From Trichoplax adhaerens (lineage: Eukaryota > Animalia > Placozoa): a stretch of 64,000 bases of DNA. How positions within the stretch are numbered: the first letter of the stretch is position 1; every line of letters begins with the position of its first letter. A program made the translations under genes and the position numbers. Shown here in pieces: positions 1 through 13,200 of this stretch. The stretch spans positions 4,545,454-4,609,453 of the forward strand of contig NW_002060946.1 of the NCBI RefSeq assembly GCF_000150275.1, read 5' to 3'. Under the pieces are notes generated by a model. It did no database searches. It was not told the origin of the DNA and worked only from the letters and a program-made list of their open reading frames with translations.

Positions 1-200
1 AACAGTTAATCTAGTCAAGCTCAAGATAAATCGAGTGGGATAAAATAGCAGATAACTATCTATCTCTTGGAAAGAGCATTGTCATAGATGATATTGCCTT
101 TCATGAACATAGCAGCATACGAGAATATTTGAACTTGTCAGGAAAGCGAAAAGCCAACAATTAATTCAGTCAAACTCAAGATAATTTTAGTAGAATGAAG
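1..200. repeat. Degenerate direct duplication (~155-bp spacing) in an ELMO intron
   Basis: AACAGTTAATCTAGTCAAGCTCAAGATAA (1-29) vs AACAATTAATTCAGTCAAACTCAAGATAA (156-184). Confidence 0.6.
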
Positions 201-236
201 ATTCAGTGGAATTATTTCCGTTTTTAATGGACTTAC

Positions 237-1388
237 CTTTCACAATAAATCTTGATATTTTGTTCAACTGTCTTATCCTATAGTGATATTGAAGATTACT
301 TTTAATTTATTTTAATACCGCGGGAATACTAAAAATATAACATAACGCGTATAGACAGATAGGATATATCTGCTCAAATGTTCTTCCTACAATAGTCTTC
401 AATTTATCGTGTATGAGATTTGGGAAACTTATTAACAGTAGAGATAAATGGAGCTGCTCAAGTGTTTTATCCTAAGATGTTTCAATATTATTACATAATT
501 TTTAATTTACTTTTAAGTACAATCTCTGAGTTATACTAATGATCTCTAATAAAAAAAAGTAATTGAGGAAAATGATGGCGTATCTGCTTAGCGCATAACC
601 TTTGGTAATTTTCTAACGCTAAAGAATATTTCTCACTTGCAGTGATTATGCATTGATATAGTCTTAAGATCAGCATATACTTATCAAGATATATAAGCGT
701 ATTAAAAGAGCAAAGAGGAGTGGGATACATCCTTGTCACGGCTGTATCTGTAATTTATTCTCAAATGTTGTAGGATTACTTTCTACAGGACTTGCACTCG
801 CTTTAAACGATAAAAATAGAGTAAAGCACGTATGAAATATTGAAGTGGTTAAGACAAACATGATCTATCTTCTCAACTGTGATATCCTAGAGTGATTTTC
901 AAACATATTACAATAATCTTCACTTATCACTTCTTAAGGTTATAGAAGTGGACATCAAAACTGCAGAGGGAGACGAGACAAATGAGATCAAAGATGTGAC
1001 GGAAATAAATCACGGAAGTACTTTGCGGTTGGGGTCAAAATAACTAAAAGCCAGTTTCTATTGATGGTGGGAAACTGATACAATGTAGTAAAACGACGGG
1101 AATGTTTAATTAATGGAATGAAAAAGGGCTAAAATAGAATCAGATCATAAAGGAAGATATAAAGTAGTGCTTTATTGAAGGGATATAAATGGATTAAGCG
1201 GAAACATCTTGTCGTAAACGGCTGCAACAAACGATGGAGTGATTGAAGAAAATAGAGGTAAAATAGAGTGATTAATTTACCTTGAAATACTTTATCAATT
1301 CCATTTCTGGTTTCTCGTTTTCATATATCTGAATCCAGACAACGTCTTGAGTCGAACTTTGAATTGGTGTACCACTTGGCGTAGTCAT
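237..1388 (-). CDS. ELMO: ELMO/CED-12-like engulfment and motility protein, first two coding exons (1388-1281, 277-237); the gene continues left of the window
   Basis: Minus strand: ttttag|TTAACG-ATG(1388)...TTCAAG|GTAAAT, then ctatag|41-nt exon|GTAAGT. The spliced peptide MTTPSGTPIQSSTQDVVWIQIYENEKPEMELIKYFK/DKTVEQNIKIYCE resembles the ELMO N-terminus (DIVKVAIE...KLMEIDQ/KKPLSAIIKEVCDGW), with matching length and junction placement. Short and divergent, so the family call is moderate. Confidence 0.6.
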
Positions 1389-2479
1389 CGTTAACTAAAA
1401 TAAATTACTAGACAAACGAGATGGAAAGTAAAGACCATGAAAATTCCGATATAAATACATCATAATCGTATAGAGAGAGATAGTATGCAGTCTAATTTAA
1501 GGGGTGGTCCCATTATAAGCTTAGTCTATCAACATTGGCTTAGCCATGTCTAAAATATCGGTGGACTAGATCTACTCTAGTATAGATAGAAATAATCTGT
1601 TGGTTAGTGAATCTATTTACAATTGTCTTTTACACTATACGTATTATGGATTAATTCAATATCGCCTTGAACGATCTGCCATATCGATTGTTAGCTTATT
1701 GAACCATCGAGCTGTCGAAATCTCTTTCCAAGATTAATACAGCTAATTAATGGCGTTGATCACCCGATTAAAGATAGCGATCACAATGTAGTCTATTTTT
1801 CACCATCTTGTATTGAATTCAGTGTATCAATAAAAGAAATTTTTGGATAAGATAGGATAATCTTTACGACAAAGATTGTTTCATTTATCCAAGAAATTGA
1901 TTATTCAACTACTGTAAGAGAAACGAGGCTTGACTAGGTGGTCAAGGAGAATATATATATACAGAAAAAGATCTCTATTTTATCTAGAACTTACCGCAAA
2001 TTCTCAAAGTAGACTGATATTTTAAAGTAGGGCTTTGCCAATTTAACAATTAGGAAATAAAATTGCGCTAGATAGCTGATTTAAAGGATTACAAACAGTC
2101 AAGAGGAATTTCCAATATGGACGTAGAAGACTCATGAACTGGGTAATTAAGCAACATGCACACTAGAAGCCAATGCAGTATGAGAAAATTGAGTACTTTT
2201 ATATTATAAGTATGGCCATCTATTGTACTTTACCCTAGGTTGAATAGTTTAACTAAAAGTAATTAAAAGAATCTAAATATAGTCTGGATATGAATATATG
2301 AATATTAATGAAGTACTCGAAAGGGATAGGACTAGGCATACACTCTTCTATACTTGCCAAAAGCCTTTAGCCTACTATACAGATCGGTCTTATATTTACA
2401 AATATTGCAGTAGAACAAATAACTTGTCTCTACCTCTATGGTGTTATTCGATCAAAATGCATTCTAGTTATTTCGCTCA

Positions 2480-3420
2480 GCGATATTGACGGCAGTCCTT
2501 GCAAAGATATTAGTAATTCATTATGGCATTAATATTAAGGATTGATAAATAAATTATGTTAAATCTGCTGGTACTTGTATAATCTTTGGTGTCAGATAAT
2601 CCTAGTGGTGGCGTAGCCTAGTTATTGAAACCTACGATGGCCTTGAAAAGCTACTAGGAATCCATTATTGAATTAATATACAGAAGATTCGTGTTAAGGA
2701 TTGTCTATACTATGAGCGTTTTTGATAGTCGTTGGTCTTAGCTAGTTCAAGTAGTCTAGTTAATTAATTAAATGTACAGTACTGTAGCCTTGAAAAGTAA
2801 TTCAGTATTGCACTAATGAAAATAGCAAAATTATGTTGGATTTGCAGGTATAACCTTTGGTGCCTAATAATTCGTGTAGTAGTACAGCCTAGCTATTGAA
2901 ATCTACAATGGCCTTGAAAAATGGCTAATACTCCATTACTGCATTGATATACAGAAGATATTATTAAATCCACGATGGCGCTTGCAAAGTTGCGGTACTA
3001 TTAATCAATGGAGGAAGACGTTATGTACTATCTAGCCTATTCTTTCTTGGATCTTCTGGTATACGTAATCATCTTTATTAGTCTCAATTAATTCACACAG
3101 TATAGCAATTTTAAATCGACCCTTGAAAAATTGCCAGCAATTCAATATTCCATTGATATACAGTAGGTAATCACGTTTGTCTAACAAATAGAGTAATGCT
3201 TAATTTGCATAGCCTTTGATCGGCAAATTCGTCTAGTCTAGCTATTTAAAAGCCTACGATCGGCCTTGAAGTATTACTAGCAATCCTTTATTACATTGAT
3301 GAACAGATTATCTAACAAACAGGGTTTGATCTGCAAGTATAACACTGAAATCCTGCTGACCTCTTCAAATCCATAACGTCTGTAAAAAGTTACCAGCTAT
3401 CAACCGTTGCATTAATAAAG
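2480..3420. repeat. Degenerate tandem array, ~7-8 units of roughly 80-150 bp with a ~270-bp higher-order unit
   Basis: Recurrent core CTAGCTATTGAAA(C/T)CTACGATGGCCTTGAAAA...CCATTA(T/C)TGCATTGATATACAGAAGAT at ~2618, 2889 and 3238; weaker copies at ~2490, 2780, 2965, 3105 and 3366. Confidence 0.8.
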
Positions 3421-3559
3421 TAACTGAGGATTGTCTGCAATGACGAGCAATTGAGTGTGTAATCGATCATTTTGCCCGAGCTCCAGCAAGATTGCATCGC
3501 CATTGATAGACGGGCTTTTTAAGGCTTTTAGATGAGAATTAGAGTTGGATTCTTTGCAC

Positions 3560-3800
3560 CGATAAATCTATTACTGCTGTGCAAGACTACCGAGTAATAC
3601 TATTCTTATTCTATTTTATTGGCGTGTGTAGGCTATAAAAAATGAATTTTTCTAATCTCATCTGCAGAGATGGATTGAACTCGGTATGCAGGCTATTTTT
3701 TTTTTTTTTTTGCATGGATAAATAAATCTAATACTGCAGTACACTGCAGACTTTTGAATAATTTATTGCTATTCTTATTCTATTTTATCAGTGTGTGTAT
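3560..3800. repeat. Two-copy direct duplication with an intervening poly-T run
   Basis: ATAAATCTA(T/A)TACTGC...CTATTCTTATTCTATTTTAT...GTGTGTA at ~3562-3630 and ~3722-3800; T run at ~3696-3711. Confidence 0.7.
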
Positions 3801-5189
3801 GTGTGCATCGCACCGCACCATCTTGCAATTTGATATCAAGGAGTTATTGAATATTTCATTTTACAAAATTGCGGGAATGGATTTGAAATACTATCAGAAA
3901 TGGCAAGAGTAGTTGTTCATATTCAATTTTGAAAATCCCTCGATGTTAAGCTTAGTACCTACGGTACTTTAGCATCCTAATCCTTAAATAAACGCGGTAG
4001 TAACTGGGTATTCAAAAGAGAATGAAAGGGATTGCTAATACTGCATTGAAAGCCATTTTCTCTGCCTGTAAATACAGAAACATTGGATATTCCATTTTCC
4101 ACAAGTAGCCATCTCCCCATAGCGCTATCAAAGTACGGATAAAGTCGTCAGATAGGCACACTTTGAGACCTGTCGTTGATCATTATTTAATGAGTTTCCT
4201 CTATTCATTTTTTTTCATTCTTTTCCTTGCTCTGGACCTTATTTCACAATAGTATGTTTGAGTAGTGTTACTGCTATTGAGACCAGTCAGCATGGTAAGC
4301 ATATTACTGTAGTTGTGGAGCTTTAGCTTAATCTGCTCAACATGCAAAACACTATAACTACTCCGATTTCAATCATCTGAGGAAGTAATCCCTCGACGAG
4401 TTGGCTTTGCTTGCTTTTGATCAAGTCTAATCAGTGAATAATAGGAAAAGAAATTCATCGTAAACAGTGCCGATGGCTAACCACAGCTGCAATGATGAGG
4501 TAGTTACTCCATCTTTAATTCATGCTCGGGACTATGGCGATTTGTAGCGACACTAGTTAAAGATATAAACCACGATCATGGATTCTTTATGACTGCTAAA
4601 CTAGCTATTTATGTTTTTATATCGAACCCATTCCATATGGCTAATATTAAACTATTGAGTATAAGGACAACGCGCATGTTGTGTAGAGTTGGTTAGAATC
4701 GTCAAGTTTTCTGAGTATCGGTGGAAAATGGAAAAAATTAGAAACTAATTGCGTAATGAAAAAATCGCTGCTTTGACGATAATGACTATGCACTTAAGTC
4801 CTCGACGTGGTTAATTATCAATAATATTTAATGAATTAATCGATGAGCGTCATAAGCCAGCTACTATTCCTCCTACTAGTTCAACATTGCCGTCTTTTCA
4901 ACTATTTTGTTTATTATTGTTGAGTGTTGTTATAATAAACGATGATTAATAAATTATTTACAGTTTAACGCAATTTTAACTTGCGTTGATTATTCCATTT
5001 GATCGTCGAATGAACTAAACTTGAGATCGTTTCCTAGGAATAAAAAATTGATGAGAAACAAGTCTCAGGTATTGAATATTCTCGAGCAGTTAATCAGGTA
5101 ATCATAAATTGATTTATTAATTAATAGAACTGGTCATTCAATATTGATGAAAACTGTGAAGTATTTATTTAAGCTTTCGACCCTACTTA

Positions 5190-5990
5190 TGACCGTAAAA
5201 GTATTGCCTTCTACTACACCTGACATGTCTGCCTGGGTTCTTTACTATTGTGTACTTGTAGTTGCAAAAGTATTTCCTTGTACTACACTTGAGCTGAAAT
5301 TTAAAAATTGTTACAGTAATATACAGTTCAATTAGAAGATACAGGACAGCAATGTAATCATTGATGGCATTCCTCGCTAGTCTGCAGTATTTACTTGCTG
5401 TAGCTGCAAAAGTATTTCCGTGTACTGCACTCCAATCCAAATTTTTAAGGTTTTTATTCTAGAATTCATTTGCAGGATGAGGGGAGCAGCCATTGATGAT
5501 ATTCCTCGCTAATCCATTTACTATACTAGTAAGCTGCAAAAGCGTTTCCTTCCACTTCACTTGAATCCAATTTTTTGGAGATTTTATTCTGGAATTCATT
5601 TGCAAGGCAAGCAATATAGTCCTGGATGATATAAGACCGAGGCAAGCTATGCAGTCATGGATAAAATTTCTGGCTAATCTATTTACTGTACTAGTTAGTA
5701 GCTGCAAAAGCATTTCCTTGTACTACTACCTTAGAATCAAAATCGCTGAGCTTTCATTCCAGACTTCAATAATTATATAATTCATTACAAGACTGAGATG
5801 AGCAACGCATTCATGGATGACATCCTTCGCTAACCTATTTGCTGTACTGTAGCTTTAAAAGCATTCCCTTCTATGACGCTTGATTAAAAATCTTTGAAAT
5901 GTTTACTTGTAATTTGGATTGCAGTCATGGAGGATATTTCTTTTCTTCTATTACAGTTGAATGAAAATCTTCCAGTTGTACTGTATTACT
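5190..5990. repeat. Degenerate tandem array, ~6 units of ~130-165 bp
   Basis: Core GTAGCTGCAAAAG(T/C)ATTTCCTTGTACTACACTTGAATC at ~5257, 5399, 5530, 5697 and 5848, most preceded by a GCAGTCATGGATGA..TCCTCGCTAATC-like segment. Confidence 0.85.
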
Positions 5991-7219
5991 GCACAAAATT
6001 CAACCAGGCGATATACGTTAGTACACCAATGGAATAATTGATGACAACATGCTTCGCTTGCTTATCAACATTAATTTTACTCCCACTACTTATTTGTAGC
6101 CATTCAAGTTAACAGAGTTTAGGACATTATCTATGAACAATAAAGAATTTGTCTGGCCCGTTTTCCAATAGCAATCTATTAAGATCCTTTAAAAACATTC
6201 CAATACAGTTCATCAACTTTCATCACAAGATAGAATAACAATAATAATTAATCGTCATGATTGACTAGCAGCAATCAGTCCAGATTGAACTCCATTGGCT
6301 AGTCAATTAGACCAAATTAATGCAATCAGCCTGTCCTGATAGACAGTATTCTATGTCAAAAAGACAAAAATATACATTGTTAAAGATATCAATAATGGTA
6401 TGATAAGTGAAGAGTTTGCCTATCTATTATTTTGACCAAATCAATAGCATGGCTAGTGCCAAGAAGAAAGACAGAAAAATAATATCAATAAAACTGATAC
6501 AATAGCTTATTCATTGTTCAACGACGATTATGCTGATTTCTTCAATAGTATCCATGTTCAATTAGCCGACGATATCAATCCAATTTGCATACACTAGCTA
6601 TCCTTTCAATCGCTTTCCGCCCTGTCCATTTGATGTGTTGTAAAATGCAATCTATCTAACGTTAGATAAGATATTGCAAACGATGATCAAATAATTTTAC
6701 CAATCTCCTTCATCATCAACAATGTTTTGATTGTTATATTATTGTCTCGATCAGGAGCCGATCAAGTTGGATAGAGAACTTGCTATTGGCCTAGAGTAAA
6801 TTACATCCAAAATCCCCGCTGGACTGGATGGAATGAGTCAAATGTAAGTCCATTGTCCAATGGTAAAAGTTATCTTAACATTTCTCGTCCAGATCAGTTT
6901 GAAAAGTCGACAAGAGAAGTAAAAACAATCTAGCAAAAGGAGAAGAATATAGAAAAAGAGGTAGAGAGAGTAAGTAAAAGTCAAATTACCTCGACCATTT
7001 CTCATTATTTCTCGTATACGACATGAATGAATTCATCATCGTTGACTTGGAAATAAATAAATGGGATTCTTTATCTATTCTTGACTAGAGATAATCGTAT
7101 TAAAAAGTTTTCTGGCCTGGATGATTTCTTCCTTGGCTGATAGTGCATGATTTATGGACCATCTTCTTCTTGACTTTTCTACTCCTATACGACCGATTAA
7201 CCCTTGAATCATTTCCAAC

Positions 7220-10200
7220 ATGGCAAACGAAATAGAATATAGTTACGTTAAGCGATTTCCAACAACGGAATTTTCCGGCGTCATCAACAAATTAGTAAAC
7301 TATTCATTGCCATTTCAACGCTATTTCTCAAAGAAAAAGGCAGAAAAACGTACTCTAAATATCAGTGTTCGAGCTTTAACTATTTCATGTTGTCGTATAC
7401 AAGGAAAAGAAGAGTTACTTAGTAAGTTCAATCAAACTTTCCGAGAAGTAAAGTAAGGATTTTTAGCTTGTGTGTTCTATTCGCCTTTAATATCTTTCGC
7501 AATAATTGATTTTTTCTATAATGGTACATGATATTTTTTAAATCTGGCTAGGACAAATGCCTTTTAATAACTTTTACATACGAGAATGTGTTAAGTTTCT
7601 TGTTCTAAAGAGTTAGATCGTATTACTTTTGGCCTTCTCAGTCTAGATTTGAGGATGTTATTTAGCATAAGAATAGGGGAACATAGATATATCGATCCCG
7701 AGATATTTCTTTAAAATCATGATTAGGGCAAAAATACACTTCAACAACCACTTTCTATTCGAGTATATGTTTTAAGTTCCTTATTATGAAAGGTTAGATC
7801 TTTTACTTTTAGCCAACTCAAGCTAGATTAGATGGCGTTATTCAGTATAGGAATAGGAAATGTTATCGGACGTAATATATGGATCACAGGATGATCTACA
7901 TCGAGCATAAATTTCCTCCTATGATTACGATTGCAGTTCTTTAATTGAGGAGATGGAGAGTTTGACGTATCGAAGACTTGATTAATCTCTAAACTAATTA
8001 ATTATTAACTCTAGTTGTTTGAGTGCCGTAACAATATGAAGGAAGCAGACTTTGTAAATCCATTATGAAATTACTGTTCTTATGTACATACAGAATTCTA
8101 CTGTCAACCTCTTCTCACGCGTTCACTCTCAGCAAAAATTTATAATTTACTTTACTGTTAATTGCAGCACTAGCAAGCAATTCTAATATAGAAAATACAT
8201 ATGGAAATCAAATCATGACATCCAAGCCAAATGATTTTGCAATACAGTGCAAATAGAAAACTCTCAATTTACAAATAACAACAGCTCCCAATTCAGTAAA
8301 TCATAAGCTACCCTATAAATAGTAAAGAACACTTATAACAATCATTCATTAATTGCCAAAAATAGGACGCTGCTGAGCCTCATTTTCCTGTCGATTACTG
8401 TAAATCACGTCGGCAAAGTGAACTTTGAAGACCATGCTTATCATTTTTTTTGTAGATATAATAAAGTACGGATATACTCGTATATATCAATATCGTTAAA
8501 ATGAGCTGGCTTAGCATATCTTACGCGATTAACCTCTAATTATAATCAATGTAGTACTTGCTCAGTAAACTTAATTAAAATATGATATTTTAGAGCATTC
8601 GCAACAGCTCTCACTCATTATTATCTAAAAATTGAAAATAGTCTGTATCATACACGTATGCAGTGTCTGCTCTTCGAATTATATAGAGGCTAACACATGT
8701 AGATCAACTTTATTATTTTTCTAAGGTAAAATCTTTACCGTTAACACTTGTCGACTGCAATAGTATATACCTTTCATAGACTAGTTCAACGATTAAAAAA
8801 TGAACGTTTAAATCTAATCTGTCATTTTAACTACCTGAATTTAGGCCATAGTAAATAAATTAAAATAAGGTACGCAAATACGTAGCTACGTGTATATACA
8901 TTTTCTTAGTTTTACGAGTATAAAATTCATATCTTGGTGTTGTCAAATTTATGAAAATAACAGATTCTTTTGATGATAAAGTTAAATGGATTTAAAGATC
9001 TCGCTATTGCTGAAAAGTTTACTACTGTACGTATATTTAAAAATTTTAAAGTTATGCAGCATTTCAGAGTTTCCAATGTATAAATAATGCTAATAATATC
9101 TCCTTTATTCTAGTATAGCCTAGATGGCTATAGTTTGGGGGGGGGGGGTAATTACGAACCTATTTTGAAGAATTAGTCAAACTTGTACTATAAATTTGTG
9201 GCACAGTCCTTTAAAGTCATAGTGCATGGTATACAAAATAGACACTAGTAAAATAACGTAGTTGACAAGGCACGATATCTTATAAGAATGTTGAAGGGAG
9301 AATTTTGTCTAGGAACATTTTAAAAAGGCCTACTTTTGACTAACTAGGCGCCTGTACTTATTTAAACTGTATTTTTATATCAATAAAATGTCGATATTAA
9401 TGGATGATTTACATCCTTTGTAACTACTTTAGTCGATATATCCAGTATCCGTGAAGTTCGTCAAACAAATCGGTCTCGAGACTTTGATAAGCACCTTGAC
9501 GATGTCAAGCTAATGAATGATAAGCGATTTTTGGTAATATTATATGGACATGAATTTAAATTAAAGACATTGAGCCTTGTTGGTACGTTCAGTAATCCGA
9601 AAGGAAACCCTTAATTTACTAATTTTAATCTGAAAATCGAAGCTAACCGCTTTTATATCAAATACAGCTGAAAATGGAGAGGATTGCGAGCTATGGAATC
9701 GTGGAATTCAATACTTAATGGTTTTATGCCAAAATTTAACCCCAGCCGAGCAACTAAATAGGTAAATGTTGCATTGTCTGTCTTTGATGTGATTGTCTAA
9801 TAAATTTCACCCCTTATACTTTTCACGTTTTACTAGGTTCATGTATCGTGAGTTTATTTTGCTTGGCAAGCGTGATAATGCTTTGTAAGTATGCAAAATA
9901 TTGAATTGCATAATCATTTATTTTTAATCAAGTTCTCCTCTGCAGCACTACATGCGGTGATTAGGCTACCGAAAGTTATCTTACCCATCTTGTATACATA
10001 GAGCAACATTTATTAGTAATTGCATAGAATAATTAATTAATTTTTACTGACTTTGCATTAGAATCGGGATTAAAGATGTGAAAGCATTTTATCAGCGATG
10101 TAACTATAAGATGAGTGATGCACAGACCCGAGATTTATTAGTGGTAAGAGCCATGTGATAGAGGAGTAAAAAAATTATTTCTACTATATCAATATACTTC

Positions 10201-13200
10201 TCTGGTGATGGTATCTTAAGCCTGGATGACAATTTTTCCTTACTTTTTAGCAAATTCTAGATTCTAACGATAAGCAACTTGCAATAAATTATGATCATTT
10301 CAAATTGGCGTTTAATAAAATTATGTACGATTCCGAGGTAAGTTTAGAATTTTGAAGTGCTACTACCAATTTATTTAAGTAAAGTTAATCTTGATTCAGT
10401 AGCTTTTGCTTGCCAACAATTAATGGCAGTGCTATACCTTTTCTTCCTTTTTCTATATATAGATCATCAATTATGTATGGGAAGAATACTTTGGTATTAG
10501 TCCGACAAGGTAGTGCATTAAATCTTTGAAATTTAAACGCTAGTTACCATTCTTGTGATACCTTTAGTACCTGTAATATATGCAATTTGGTACTATTTAT
10601 AAAATATCATTAGTGGTCCAACTAATCATTCTTTAATCTTATACTCTTTTTATTGGGATGCATCGATTAATCTGCTTCATAACTACAGGGAAAAGATAGA
10701 TTCAATACCTGTAGATAGATTTAAGGCATTTTTACGCATACAAGATGTACGTATATACTACTTTTACCGTGCTACTAGGTTCATTCAGCGTAATCATGTA
10801 TAAATTACTACATTCAATTTGAACGAAATACATTTTAAAACAGGGTATCGAAAGAAATAATATTGTTACGATACAATTGATCCAAAGTGTTGCAGGTCCT
10901 GGAGTGAATAATCTTTCTGGTTGGCAGGTTGGCCTTTGATTCTTTGTATTTTTCTTTAATAGTAGTAATATAATTATTTTAGACTAAACCAATGTTTTAT
11001 TTCCCCAACATACAATAGCTGCCTTATTCTGACTAATTTTGTCTTAACTTTTTTAGTTTGTAAATTATCTATTTTCTAAAGCCAATGATATTTGGAAAGA
11101 AGATCATCTAACCATCTATCAAGATATGACGAAGCCGTTATCTCATTATTGGATATTTTCTTCTCATAATACGTAGGTTGCTTAGATCTATAACCAGAAT
11201 ACGACCAGCAAATCAAAAGATAATAAAATTAAATGCCATTCATCTTAATTTCTTTAACAGTTCCAAAAATATCATTCTTATTAAAGCTCTATTAATTTTT
11301 TTATACGGTTTTTCTTCAAATTTACCATGATAAATACTGATTAACTTCATTTACTGCAACGTTAGCTATTTAACTGGTGACCAGCTTCGAAGCGAATCTT
11401 CTGTTGAAGCATATATAAAATGTTTGAGAGCCGGAGTTCGTTGCATCGAACGTAAGTAAATAATTATAGAGATGAAATAAATATGTCCAATACCTTTCAG
11501 AAGCTTGAAACTTGTGCGTCATTTTCAGTAGTGCAACTTTGATAGGCGATATGGTATTTTGAATTTATTTTATTGCATAACGTAGCTTATTTGGTCTCAT
11601 TTCCTTATAGTTTTACAAGTTAAACTGATTAATTTGGTTACCCTATAATATTTTCCATAGTTGATTGTTGGGATGGACCTGACGGAAATCCTATCATCTA
11701 TCATGGTCGAACTTTAACCTCGAAGATTAAATTTTACGATGTTATCCGGGCAATTCAAGACAATGCTTTCATTTTTTCGCCGTAAGATTATAACATATAT
11801 ATAAGAATATTCTAGCAATATAATTTAAACATTGCCCGCTAACTACAAATTGTAATATTGCTAAATTGTATGCACCGGACATGGCAGAAACAGTTTTAAT
11901 CTAACTTTTATTATTTACAGCATTTAAAAGATACATGTATACTTCAAATTAAGCCTTAATTATGATGGTAAATGACTATCGTCAATAAGAGTATTTATGA
12001 TCGCATTTTATTTGCAAATATACAGGTACCCAGTAATCTTATCTATTGAAAATCATTGTAGTTTGGCTCAGCAAGAGGTAATGGCTCGGGCATTTGAAGA
12101 TGTATTCGGAGGTATCATGATAATACACCTTGCTAGATTAACTGTTTTTGCATAATTTAAGGACAGTAGCGAAATATGTGATCGTGATATCAATTAAATA
12201 CCCTGTTGATCTGATACAGATAATTTACTTAAACAACCTCTCAAAGTGGAGGATGATCTTCTTCCATCGCCAGAACAAATGCGATATAAAATTATCCTTA
12301 AGGTATTGTTTATATTGATAGAAATGCAAATTTTTAATTTCTTACAGTATTTAACCTACTAGTGCGCATAGATAATCTTAGAACTCACAATGGTAGCAAT
12401 ATTACTACAGCTTTCCTATTTTTCTACTTTTAATTCTATCCAAATGCCAACAGCATAAGAAATTAAATGATGGAGAAGTTGATGGGGTCGGGATTACAAA
12501 ATCAAGCAAAGGTAAAAATTCTTAAACATGATAAAATTATTAAGAGATTATTAATCGTACAAGTACAATCAATGTCGAACAGATCAATTTTTAATGACTT
12601 CAACTCTAAAATTTAGATGATATTAAAACTGGCTATCTACTAAAAGAAAATCTAGTTGAGGAGGTAGAGTTTATGTTAAAAAGTCCTCCATACGTGGATA
12701 TTATCACTTAATAATATGCATATCGTATAATTATTTTTAGGGACTATGGGAAAAGCGCTTTTTCGCTTTAGCCGATTCAAAATTATTCTATACGTCACCT
12801 ATAGATGAGACACAAGACGATGATGACGAAGATGATTCTGTACGCTTAATGAAATACAATATACTGTCATGTTACAGACGTATATGGAGTAATTGAAATT
12901 TTTAGCTTTAATAAATTTACTACCCTACTAATATATTAAAAACATCTCTATTTTATTTGAAATAGATTCCTTTAGAAGAAATGCATTTATATGAAAAGTA
13001 AGATAAATTCAGTATCATTATCAGATCGATATGACCTGGCGAGTTAATTGCTATTTTCTTATTCTATACATCAAATTATATTTCACATAGATGGTTTCAC
13101 GGGAAAGCAGTTGCGAAATCAGACAGACAAGCTGATCACAAGTTACTGGAAGATTATTGTAAAGGGGATGGATCTTTTTTCGTTAGAGAAAGCTACACTT

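Noticed and set aside
2480-5990. Repeat arrays as CRISPR-like repeat-spacer loci, or as coding repeats (ORFs 5144-5713)
   Set aside because: The repeats are degenerate, the 'spacers' are homologous to each other, there are no cas genes, the context is eukaryotic, and indels break the frames.
6930-7090. Possible 5'UTR introns on either strand just upstream of PLCG (overlapping ELMO/PLCG leaders)
   Set aside because: Splice-like signals exist on both strands and cannot be resolved without transcript data.
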